Positions 1 through 8,340 of a stretch of 64,000 nt of DNA are shown here, piece after piece. Made by a program: the position numbers and the translations under genes. Source of the stretch: Solirubrobacteraceae bacterium (GTDB taxonomy: Bacteria; Actinomycetota; Thermoleophilia; Solirubrobacterales; Solirubrobacteraceae); the NCBI GenBank assembly GCA_035314465.1, contig DATFZM010000010.1, positions 16,181 to 80,180 on the forward strand, written 5' to 3'. The notes under the pieces were generated by a model, which searched no databases, was not told where the DNA came from, and worked only from the letters and a program-made list of their open reading frames with translations. Positions within the stretch are counted from its first letter, which is position 1, and each line of letters starts with the position of its first letter.

Positions 1-167
1 GACTGAGGCTTTCAGCCTAGCGCGCTCAGCAGTCGGCGAGCGAATAGGCGAAACAGCGGGACCCGGTCGAACGGCAATCTCAGACGCTGCTTGCGTAGAT
101 CGCCTTGAGCTTGCCGTTTGCCTGCGGCCGAGTGATGCACCAGGCTACCGCGTGGCAGACTTCCACG

Positions 168-971
168 ATGTTCGAGCTCGGGAAGGTCTACCGCCGCCGG
201 GACCTACACGCGGAGTTCGGGGGGCAGGCACAGGGCGGCATCGTCACGCCGGCGGATCATTCGCTGATCTTCCTGATTACCGGCGAGGGCGGGCACGAGT
301 ACGGCTACCACGACGAGTGGCTCGAGGACGGAATGTTTCGCTACTTCGGAGAGGGCCAATCGGGACCCATGACGTTCGTGCGTGGCAACCGGGCCGTCCG
401 TGACCACGCAGTGGAAGGCAAGGGATCTGCATGTCTTTGAGAAGGTGTCTCCGGCCCACCTGCGCTACCGCGGCCAGTTTGTGTGTGCCGGCTACGAGAC
501 GGTTCTCGACGTGCCGGGCTCGACGGCACACCGAGGCCGGCGATCGTGTTCCGGCTCGTGCCGATCGCGGGAGACGCGTCAGACGAAGACCTCGCCGAGG
601 CAGACGTGGCAGGCCTGTCCCTTGCGCAGTTGCGCGAGGCGGCACTGGCTGCTCCCGACTCTGGCGACGCGGCCCCCGAGTCCAAGCGCAATGCCTACCG
701 TCGTTCCGCCGCGGTGCGCGCGTACGTCGTCGCGAGAGCCAAGGGCATCTGCGAGGGATGCGGAGCTCCGGCACCCTTTGCGACAGCTGCCGGCAGACCC
801 TATCTCGAGCCGCACCACACCCGGCGTCTGTCCGACGGCGGACCCGACCATCCAGGCGCGGTGATCGCGCTTTGTCCCACCTGCCATCGACGTGCCCACT
901 ACGCGGCCGACGGGCCTACATACAACGCAACTCTGATTCTCGAGCTCGCGAAACGCGAGGGCCCCGTCTAG
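168..971 (+). pseudogene. SRA-like + HNH endonuclease (McrA-type modification-dependent restriction nuclease), interrupted by two compensating frameshifts
   Basis: N-term 'YRRRDLHAEFGGQAQGGIVTP..YGYHDEW..FRYFGEGQSGPMTFVRGN' resembles SRA-like domains. The reading continues in another frame ('DLHVFEK..RYRGQFVCAGY') and returns to the first frame for the HNH part 'CEGC..YLEPHH..DHPGAVIALCPTCHRRAH'. Shifts fall at G-runs near 422 and 516-518. Confidence 0.75.
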
Positions 972-1029
972 GCAATTGGTTGCCGCGGGCACCCGAGTGA
1001 TCTGTCGCTCGGGGCGCGTACGCCGCAGG

Positions 1030-1299
1030 TCATCGTCGCTCCTGTCGAGGCCCACCCGTGCGAGCAGCCACCCACGTCAGCAAGTCGCCTCGGGAGAAGC
1101 GGACATATCGGCCCGACCGAACATGTGGTATGCGGTCCCTGCGCGCCTCGGCAAGCAGCCACGAGCCAGGAACGTTGAGCAAGCGCCCCGCTCCGATTGC
1201 ATCAAGCAGTGCGTCATCGCCGGGCATCGGCTCGGCCAGCGCCACCGCAATCGCTGCCACGGACTCCGGATCAAGCCTGACGGCCTTCGCAGCGGTCAT
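1030..1299 (-). CDS. Excisionase-like helix-turn-helix DNA-binding protein (HTH_17 type)
   Basis: 89 aa; 'LLDAIGAGRLLNVPGSWLLAEARRDRIPHVRSGRYVRFSRGDLLTW' fits the Xis-like HTH pattern; lies next to the att-like tRNA fragment. Confidence 0.65.
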   Translation of the reverse strand: MTAAKAVRLDPESVAAIAVALAEPMPGDDALLDAIGAGRLLNVPGSWLLAEARRDRIPHVRSGRYVRFSRGDLLTWVAARTGGPRQERR

Positions 1300-1558
1300 C
1301 GTTATGGCCTCTCGTTCGTGTTAACTGGACGGGATGCGCCCCTTATAGCGACCGGCAGAGCCCACGGGACAAGGCTCCTGAGCCGCGCATCAGCTCGCGC
1401 GCCATCCCGGAGGACATCATTGGGCAGCCCTGCCACTATTGCCGATAAACGCCCGCTATTTGCGTCTATTTGAGGGCTGACTACTCGGGGGGCTCGGGGA
1501 TCGTAAATGCTCAATATGCATGCTGGATCCGGCCAGTATCGCGTGGCCGAAACCGACC

Positions 1559-1602
1559 CCATGGTAAGGAAGGGGTCATCGGTTCGAGTCCGATGCTGGG
1601 CT
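1559..1602 (+). mobile_element. 3' half of tRNA-Thr(GGT); putative attR of an element integrated to the left
   Basis: CC-ATGGTAA-GGAAG-GGGTC-ATCGG-TTCGAGT-CCGAT-GCTGGGC-T gives an anticodon loop (GGT), a perfect T-arm and an acceptor 3' strand. No D-arm or acceptor 5' strand is present upstream. Confidence 0.75.
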
Positions 1603-1787
1603 TGGATGCAAGACCTCGAGCAGCAGCGACACGAACGAGTGCCGCAGGCTACACGGCGTCGCGTCCCTGTTGCCGCACGGAAAAGGGCAGCCACGCGATC
1701 CATCGGGGCCAGGACTGCCAGATACAGCCCAGCCACCGCGCCGCCCGACCGTTCGTCCACTTCGGGGTTCGGCAACCGGGCTCCCCC

Positions 1788-3473
1788 ATGCCGGGCGCCG
1801 ATCTGTCCAGTGTGGGTGTCTCTGGCCAGACCGGGGCAAAGAGTGATGTCGCAGTCTGCGAAGGGGTGTCGGCGGCGCTCGCCGTGCTGAGTGAGGCCGG
1901 GTCGGTAGAGCGTGCAACGAGAGCCTTCGTGGACCGGTTCGACGTGCGCGACGGTTCATTGGCCTCGTGTTCACACGAGGTCGAGCTGATCACCGCGGGC
2001 CAGGCTGACCGCCTGACGGTGCTGCTTGACGGTCTCGAGGCGGACCTTGTCGCCGTAGTCGACGAAGACGGCCGGCGCACGGCCGTGTTGACGATCCCCA
2101 CCGCGCGCGATGCGGCGGATATCGATCCGGTAAGTCCAGTACTCGAGGAGCCGCTGGACGAGAGCCCAGCGATCGTCTGGCTGAAGGACCTGGATGGCCG
2201 CTACCTGCGCGTGAACCGCGGCTACGTCGACCAGCTCGGGACCGATGCCGAGCGCGTGTGCGGCCGGACCGATGCCGAACTCACCGCCGCGGGGTCGATA
2301 GAGGGACTGCGACTGGACGAAGAGGACACCGCTGCTGGGCGGGAGCTGCTGGAGCTCGAGTACCGGATCGGCGCGTTCCAAGATCGCCCCGCGTTTGCTG
2401 TTCTGCGCTTCGCGCTGCGCGACGGCGAGGGACAGCCGACGGCCACTTGCAGCGTGGCGGCGCCGGTCGCGGAGGAATCGCTGGCACGTTCAGAGTGCGA
2501 GCGGCTGATGAGGATCGATCGCTGGGGACGGCTCGACGCGTTCGCGATCCGTCAGGAGCTACTCGACGAGTGGGGGCTCACGCTGGCGGACGGGAGCTCC
2601 GGTCCGCCTCTCGACCGTGACGACCGCGTCGCGGCGGTCATCGTTGAGCGAGACGAGGCGCTCGCGACAGCTGCCCGGCTGGAGGAGGAGCTGTTGAAAG
2701 AGCGGGAGCAGCGGGGCAGCCTCGGCGCCGAGTCGGAACGCGTTGGCCGGCGCGCCGACGAGCTCGCTGGCGCCGTTGCGGCCGAGCAGACGCGATCCGC
2801 CGAGCTCGAGCGGTCGCTCGTTCGTGCCGAGGCCCGTGTGAGTGAGCTGGAAGCCGAGCTGACGGCCGTCCGAGCGAAGCTCGAGGAGCACCTGCTGCGT
2901 GCGGAGGCGCTCGAGGCTGCTGCGTCCGCGCCGGACAGCAACGGCCTCAAGTGGGGCACAGCCTCGCAGCGCGCCCTCTCGGCCGCGCTCGTGGGCCTCA
3001 CGGAGTGGCGATCGGTACTCAACCATGCGGTTGGCACGCTCGGCTCGGAGGGAGGATGGGATGCGACCATCGCGTGGTGCCCCGAGCGGCGCGGGTCGAT
3101 GATGTGCGGCGCGATCTGGATGCGGGACCCCGCAGGCCTGGCTAAGTTCGGGACCCGGACCTGGAAACACCGAGAGGATGCATCGACCGCAGAGTTCGGT
3201 CGTGCTCGCAACCGGATGGCGGCGACCTGCGTGCTCGAGTTGCAGTCGGCCGAGGACCCGCTGCTCAGGGCCGCCGCGGCGGAGGGCATGGGCTCAGCGC
3301 TACTGGTGCCAATCAGCGTCGGCGGCGAGACGATCGCGATGCTCGAGTTGTTGTCTCGGACGGCCACCGCGCCGAACGCGGAGCTAATGGTCTCGCTCGA
3401 AGCGATCGCTCTGCAACTCGGCGCAATCGCACAGCTCTTCAAGGTCACTGACGTGCCGCGGGCGCGTCTATGA
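1788..3473 (+). CDS. PAS + coiled-coil + GAF-like sensory protein with no evident output domain
   Basis: PAS 'ESPAIVWLKDLDGRYLRVN..GRTDAEL'; heptad-rich central segment; GAF-like C-term 'GMGSALLVPISVGGETIAMLELLS'. Start uncertain. Confidence 0.6.
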   Translation: MPGADLSSVGVSGQTGAKSDVAVCEGVSAALAVLSEAGSVERATRAFVDRFDVRDGSLASCSHEVELITAGQADRLTVLLDGLEADLVAVVDEDGRRTAVLTIPTARDAADIDPVSPVLEEPLDESPAIVWLKDLDGRYLRVNRGYVDQLGTDAERVCGRTDAELTAAGSIEGLRLDEEDTAAGRELLELEYRIGAFQDRPAFAVLRFALRDGEGQPTATCSVAAPVAEESLARSECERLMRIDRWGRLDAFAIRQELLDEWGLTLADGSSGPPLDRDDRVAAVIVERDEALATAARLEEELLKEREQRGSLGAESERVGRRADELAGAVAAEQTRSAELERSLVRAEARVSELEAELTAVRAKLEEHLLRAEALEAAASAPDSNGLKWGTASQRALSAALVGLTEWRSVLNHAVGTLGSEGGWDATIAWCPERRGSMMCGAIWMRDPAGLAKFGTRTWKHREDASTAEFGRARNRMAATCVLELQSAEDPLLRAAAAEGMGSALLVPISVGGETIAMLELLSRTATAPNAELMVSLEAIALQLGAIAQLFKVTDVPRARL

Positions 3474-3557
3474 GCGTCCGCACCTTAGGCGGCTGCGCGA
3501 CCCGATAGCCGCCCGCGAGTAATAGCGGCGGCCTCATCAGCGCTCGCGCTCGGACGG

Positions 3558-4025
3558 TCACGTGAAGATGATCTGCCCGCCGCCGGCGAGAGCGTAGAAC
3601 TCGCCGACCGTGATTATGTCCTCGACCTGGGGGATGAAGTCCTCGCTGCTCAGCTTGAACAGATCGACCGACGCCTTGCACGCGTAGAGGCCGGCGCCCG
3701 AGTCGGCGATCATCTCGACGAACTCGGGGATCGGCGGGATGTCGAGCTTCTCCATTTCGCGGGCGAGCTGGTGGGTTACGAGCGCGGAGACGCCCGGCAC
3801 GCCGCCGGCCCAGGTGGCGAGGTGCAGGCCGGGGTTGCCGACGGTAGCGACCTTGACATGGTCGTGCTTGGCGCTGTTGATCGCGTCCAGGCCGAAGAAC
3901 GTGAAGAAGACGTTCGCCTCGATGCCCTCCATGCGGGCCCCGTTGGCCATGATCAGGCCGGGGTAGATGCCCTCGAGCGATCCCTTGGAGATGATGATTG
4001 AGACCTTCTCGATCGCGTCGCTCAT
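3558..4025 (-). CDS. dsrE: DsrE/DsrF/DrsH-like (DsrE2-type) sulfur-relay protein
   Basis: 'KVSIIISKGSLEGIYPGLIMANGA..VFFTFFGL..LYACKASVDLF'; ATG at 4025, 22 nt after the tusE stop. Confidence 0.85.
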   Translation of the reverse strand: MSDAIEKVSIIISKGSLEGIYPGLIMANGARMEGIEANVFFTFFGLDAINSAKHDHVKVATVGNPGLHLATWAGGVPGVSALVTHQLAREMEKLDIPPIPEFVEMIADSGAGLYACKASVDLFKLSSEDFIPQVEDIITVGEFYALAGGGQIIFT

Positions 4026-4047
4026 GTGTGCCTCGATTGCGTCGGGT

Positions 4048-4365
4048 TCAGATGCAGCCGCGCGGCTTGGGAATGCCGCCGATCTTCGCGGCCAGCTTCG
4101 CGGGGCCCTTGGGTAACAGCTCGTAGAGCTCCTTGATCGGGACTCCGGAGGCCTTCCCCAGCGTGCGGATGGACGGGGCAGAGCCCGTCTCCAGGTAGCT
4201 CTTGCGCATGAAGTTGACGACCTGCCAGTGACGGTCTGTGAGCTCCTCGATGCCGTTCGCGCGAGCGATCTCCTCGGCGATCTGCTCGTTCCACTGGCGC
4301 GCATCGAGAAGGAAGCCGTCGTCGTCGAGCTCGACGCTCGTGCCGGCGAGCGTGACCGTGCTCAT
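4048..4365 (-). CDS. tusE: TusE/DsrC/DsvC family sulfur carrier with a single C-terminal Cys
   Basis: 'LDDDGFL..WNEQIAEEIA..LTDRHWQVVNFMR..ELYELLPKGPAKLAAKIGGIPKPRGCI'; ATGA overlap with the upstream sqr. Confidence 0.9.
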   Translation of the reverse strand: MSTVTLAGTSVELDDDGFLLDARQWNEQIAEEIARANGIEELTDRHWQVVNFMRKSYLETGSAPSIRTLGKASGVPIKELYELLPKGPAKLAAKIGGIPKPRGCI

Positions 4366-5624
4366 CCCGATGCCTCCGATCCCTCGCGCGAGAGCGGTTC
4401 GGCGCCGCCCTGGAAGCTCGCGCCGACGCCCGGGATGTCGTAGCCGGGCAGGAGCACGTTCCAGTACAGCGGCTGAAAGGCGATCTTGGCGAGATGGTTC
4501 AGCCGCGACTCGGCGAGCAGCGCCAGCGGCCCGATATGGGGGTCGGGGAAGCGCCCGGGCAGCGGCTCGACCTCGTAGTCGAAATCGATCAGCAGAGCCT
4601 TGTGAAAGCCCGTCTCAATGAAGCAGTTCGTGTGGCCGTCGTAGAAGCCCGTCAGTTCGTCGCCGGCGAGGAAGCGCCGGATGTTCTCGACGACCGTCTC
4701 GCCCTCGAAATGGGTCACCGAGCCCGCCTTCGAGGTGGGTACGTCGGCCGCGTCGCCGATCGCGAAGATGTTCGCGGCGGCCTTCGCCTGAAGCGTGTTG
4801 CGATCGGCGGGCACGAAGCCCATCGCGTCGCCGAGGCCGGGAGAGCGCCCGATGCAGGCGGCGCCGCCGTGGACGGGGATCGCGACGAGCAGATCGAACC
4901 CGATCTCGCGCTCATCCCAGCTGTGAAGCGTCCGCGAGGCCGCGTCGACCCGGCCTGTCGCGAACTCCGGCTCGAGCCGGATGCCCTTCTCGGACAGGAG
5001 CGAGCCGAGCCGCGCGGAGGCGACCGGTCTCGTGAAGGCCGCGTCGAGGGGGGTGACGAACGTGATCTCGACGTCATCCCGCAAACCATGCTCGCGCAGC
5101 TGCCAGTCGGCCAGAAAACAGAACTCCAGCGGCGCAACGGGGCACTTGATCGGCATGTCGATCACGTTGACCACGAGCCGGCCCGCTCGAAAGCCCGCCA
5201 AGGCGTCGCGCAGCGCGGTAGCGCCCGGCAGGGTGTAGAAGGTGTGAATCGAGCGCCCCCACTCGGCACCTTCCAATCCCTCGGTTTCCTGCGGCTGGAG
5301 CGCGGCGCCGGTGGCGATGACGAGCACCTCGTAGGGGACGTCCTCCCCGCCGGCCAGATGCACCGTGCTCTGCTCGACGTCGACGCGGTCGACCTTCGCG
5401 AGGCGGAAACCGACCCCGTGGCGAAGCTGCGCCCGCCGCGAGCGCACGAGCTCGCTCGGCTCGGCGAGCCCGAAGGGGACGAACAGCAATCCCGGCTGAT
5501 AGACGTGGAGGTCGTCGCGGTCGATCACCGTGACGCTCGCCTCATCGCCGCAGAGCCGCTGCAGGCGGTTAGCGACGAGCGTACCTCCGGTTCCGCCGCC
5601 GAGAATCACGATCCTGTGCGCCAT
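4362..5624 (-). CDS. sqr: Sulfide:quinone oxidoreductase, type III-like
   Basis: GGGTGG FAD motif, 'YQPG', 'IKCPVAPLE', 'IFAIGDA', 'YDGHTNCFIETG' and an amphipathic C-term 'NHLAKIAFQPLYW'. Confidence 0.85.
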   Translation of the reverse strand: MAHRIVILGGGTGGTLVANRLQRLCGDEASVTVIDRDDLHVYQPGLLFVPFGLAEPSELVRSRRAQLRHGVGFRLAKVDRVDVEQSTVHLAGGEDVPYEVLVIATGAALQPQETEGLEGAEWGRSIHTFYTLPGATALRDALAGFRAGRLVVNVIDMPIKCPVAPLEFCFLADWQLREHGLRDDVEITFVTPLDAAFTRPVASARLGSLLSEKGIRLEPEFATGRVDAASRTLHSWDEREIGFDLLVAIPVHGGAACIGRSPGLGDAMGFVPADRNTLQAKAAANIFAIGDAADVPTSKAGSVTHFEGETVVENIRRFLAGDELTGFYDGHTNCFIETGFHKALLIDFDYEVEPLPGRFPDPHIGPLALLAESRLNHLAKIAFQPLYWNVLLPGYDIPGVGASFQGGAEPLSREGSEASG

Positions 5625-5796
5625 CACCACCGATGCTCGCCGCTGAGTCCCGCTGCTCCAAGGTGGGCAAGCCGCGCGCTTGCTGCGGGATACTCCCCAT
5701 AGGCGCGCGGCGCGGCCGGGCGTGGGGACCCGGCAGCCCGCAACGCGCCGGTGGCCGGCTCGCCGGGCGCTGCGTGGCGCCGCCACGCGCGGCTGC

Positions 5797-6135
5797 TCAG
5801 GGGGCGCTTTGAACGAGCGCCGCGAGCTCGGCGAACTGCGCCTGCAGCCCGCCGCAGACCTGCTCGCACAGCTCGTAGACGCCAGGGTCGGCGATGCTGT
5901 AGATGGAGCTGTTGCCATCCTTGCGCCGCGCGACGATGCCGGCCTGCAGGAGCACGCCGAGATGCTTTGACGCGTTCTGCTGACTGGTCCCGAGCGCTTC
6001 GGTGATCTCGGTAACGCTGAGCTCGCTGTCGCGGAGCAGGTCGAGGATGCGGATTCGGGTCGGATCGCCGATCACGCGCAGCCGCGCGGCGATCAGCTCG
6101 GCGAGTTCGGCCGGTATGGGGCTGGGTAGCTTCAC
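5797..6135 (-). CDS. ArsR/SmtB family transcriptional repressor
   Basis: 'GDPTRIRILDLL..SVTEI..SQQNASKHLGVL..GIVARRKDG..YSI'; C-terminal 'ELCEQVC'. Confidence 0.92.
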   Translation of the reverse strand: MKLPSPIPAELAELIAARLRVIGDPTRIRILDLLRDSELSVTEITEALGTSQQNASKHLGVLLQAGIVARRKDGNSSIYSIADPGVYELCEQVCGGLQAQFAELAALVQSAP

Positions 6136-6237
6136 CGTCCGACTCCGGCTCGCGAGGGCGCCGAATCGGCCGGGAAGACACCCGCTCCTCCCCCTCCGGG
6201 GATCGACCTTTTAGAAACTATTGTCACCTGAACTACT

Positions 6238-6266
6238 ACTTTACCGTACAACTCGGTAGTTGTCCA
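6238..6266 (-). promoter_or_regulatory. Sigma70-type promoter of arsR (TGGACA-N17-TAAAGT) overlapped by a putative ArsR operator
   Basis: On the minus strand, -35 at 6266-6261 and -10 at 6243-6238 with a 17-nt spacer; motif ACCGTAC-N7-TAGTTGT at 6243-6263. Confidence 0.6.
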
Positions 6267-6387
6267 ACACGTCGGCGACCGGCTAGACGGCGAAACGCCG
6301 GCGACCGGCGACACGAGCAGCGTCGCACGGCCGACGACATCTGTGGCGCGGCGCGTCTGGGGTGCGGCGTGGCCCGTCTGAGATGCT

Positions 6388-7623
6388 CTAGATGGCGACG
6401 AACCCGCGCTTGCGGCTGGCGAGGAAGTAGCGCTCGAAGGCCAGCTTGGCCCAATGCGCTTGCGGACCCGCCATCACATGCGCGCTCGGCGCGTGGCCGT
6501 TGGCGTACAGGCCGTGGGCGAGCACGTGGTCGGCCTTGAAGATGATCCCGCTGTTGCCCCCGTCGAGCACGCAGATCGCCGACAGCTCGCCGAGTGGCAG
6601 CTCACGATGGCCGCCGCCGTTGATGTCGGCAGCGATGTTGTGGGCCGCGATCTTCGCCATCGTCTCGGACATCTGACCCGTCTTTGGCACGCCCGCCGGA
6701 ACCTCGGTGGCCTCGGGAGGAGCGATCGCCGTGGCGACCCCTGCGGCGTAGATGTCGGTGTGGTCGGGATGGCGGAAGCGATCGTCGATCGGCACGAACC
6801 CCATCGCGTTTGCGAGGCCCTCGCTTTCGCGGACCGCGTCGACGCCCGTGAACGGCGGGACGATCATCGAGTAGGCGAACGGGAGCACGCGGCCGCCCTC
6901 GAGCTCGATCTCGCCCTCGCGGACCTCGCGGATGACGTTGTTGGCGATGCCCTCGATGCCGAGGTGCGCGAGGAAGCCCTCTATCCGCTTCGCTGAGTCG
7001 CCGACCCCGCCCAGGCCGAAGTGGCCCAGATAGGGCTCTGCGCTGATGAACGTAACCGGTGCGACGTGCTGTAGTCCGGCCTTGACGATTCTGTGGTGGA
7101 TGTTGAAGAGGAACTCATAGGAGGCGCCGAAGCACGACCCGCCCTGCGCCGTCCCCACGACGACCGGCCCGGGGTTCTGCAGGAACCGCTCCCACGCCGA
7201 GCGCGCGAGTTCGGCGTGCTCGAGATTGCAGACCGACTGGGTGAAGCCCTGCGACGGGCCGAGGCCGGGGACCTTCTCGAAAGCGAGCCGGGGCCCGGTG
7301 GCGAGGAGCAGCTTGTCGAACTCGATCACGCGCCCCGATCCGGTAGTGACGGTGTGGGCATCGCTATCCACGCCCGCGGCCGCCTCGTTGACGAACTCGA
7401 TGCCCTTGCGCCCGTAAAGCGGAGCCAACGGGAACGTGATGTCGCCGGCATCGCGCGCGCCGAACGGCAGCCAGATGAGCGACGGGATGAACGTGAAATC
7501 CTCGCGGGGGTCGAGCACGATCACCTCGTGGCGGTCATCGAGGCGTTTGCGGAGCTCGAGAGCCGCGGTCATGCCTGCGAAGCTCGAGCCCAGGACGACT
7601 ACGCGACTTGCATGAACGACCAT
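6388..7623 (-). CDS. sqr: Sulfide:quinone oxidoreductase, three-Cys (type I/IV-like)
   Basis: 'FIPSLIW', 'QSVCNLEHA', 'GSCFGASYE', 'VPKTGQMSETMA', 'AICVLDGG', 'HWAKLAFERYFL'; AGGAG SD ahead of the ATG at 7623. Confidence 0.85.
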   Translation of the reverse strand: MVVHASRVVVLGSSFAGMTAALELRKRLDDRHEVIVLDPREDFTFIPSLIWLPFGARDAGDITFPLAPLYGRKGIEFVNEAAAGVDSDAHTVTTGSGRVIEFDKLLLATGPRLAFEKVPGLGPSQGFTQSVCNLEHAELARSAWERFLQNPGPVVVGTAQGGSCFGASYEFLFNIHHRIVKAGLQHVAPVTFISAEPYLGHFGLGGVGDSAKRIEGFLAHLGIEGIANNVIREVREGEIELEGGRVLPFAYSMIVPPFTGVDAVRESEGLANAMGFVPIDDRFRHPDHTDIYAAGVATAIAPPEATEVPAGVPKTGQMSETMAKIAAHNIAADINGGGHRELPLGELSAICVLDGGNSGIIFKADHVLAHGLYANGHAPSAHVMAGPQAHWAKLAFERYFLASRKRGFVAI

Positions 7624-7654
7624 GACAACTCTCCTAAACAGTGGTGGAGTTGTA

Positions 7655-7703
7655 AACGTACCATCTGGCACAAAGCTTGTCAACCGTACGTCCGTATAGT
7701 TGT
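7655..7703 (-). promoter_or_regulatory. Promoter of the three-Cys sqr (TTGACA-N17-TACGTT) with adjacent putative ArsR operator
   Basis: Minus-strand -35 TTGACA at 7683-7678 and -10 TACGTT at 7660-7655; imperfect palindrome CAACCGTACG-tc-CGTATAGTTG at 7681-7702. Confidence 0.65.
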
Positions 7704-7804
7704 GTTCTCTCGTCGGCGCCGCGCTCAGTGGTGGCGGCCGCCTCGCACGCGACGAGTCCACCCCGCTACCGCACCCGGTTTCCCGGGTCGCTAGGCTCCC
7801 GCAC

Positions 7805-8137
7805 GTGGATTCCGACCGCGCCCGCGAACTGCTCGAACGAGAGCGCGAACGCGTCGAGCAAGCGATCGCCGCGCTCGCCGAAGACGACGGGCAGGCTGCC
7901 TCCGAGCAGGACGAACCGGGCGAACTCGGCTCCGAGGATCTCTACGAAAAGGAGTTCGACACGGGTCTCGCCGAGGACCTCGCCGAGCAGCTCGCGGCGG
8001 TGGAGCGCGCCGAGGCGCGGCTGGCGGCGGGCACATACGGCCTGTCCGTCGATAGCGGGGAGCCGATCCCCGACGCCCGCCTGGAGGCCCGCCCCACCGC
8101 CGAGCGCACCGTCGAGGAGCAGGCGCGCGAGCCGTAG
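7805..8137 (+). CDS. TraR/DksA-like protein lacking the Cys4 zinc finger
   Basis: Coiled coil followed by 'GTYGLSVDSGEPIPDARLEARPTAERTVEEQ'; TAGGCT 7 nt before the GTG. Confidence 0.75.
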   Translation: MDSDRARELLERERERVEQAIAALAEDDGQAASEQDEPGELGSEDLYEKEFDTGLAEDLAEQLAAVERAEARLAAGTYGLSVDSGEPIPDARLEARPTAERTVEEQAREP

Positions 8138-8340
8138 GCCGAGCGGACCCTCCCAGCTCTCCGATCGAAGGCCGCGCGGGGCGGCTCAGCCGTCCAGGGC
8201 CGGCGCGCTCGCCGAGCCGCAGAGGCGCGCGAGCACGCTCGCATCGCCCTCGACGCTCAGGCGTCGGGGCCGCACCCAGGCGCAGAGACGCCCGTGGGCG
8301 CGCTGTGCCGCGGCGAGTAAGGCACGCGGCGCGAGCGCGC

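Noticed and set aside
1520-1602. Complete tRNA-Thr gene
   Set aside because: No D-arm or acceptor 5' strand, and the anticodon stem pairs only partly; treated as an att fragment.
3558-4365. dsrC/dsrE as evidence of dissimilatory sulfate reduction or reverse Dsr
   Set aside because: The second DsrC cysteine is absent and no dsrAB or dsrMK genes are in the window.
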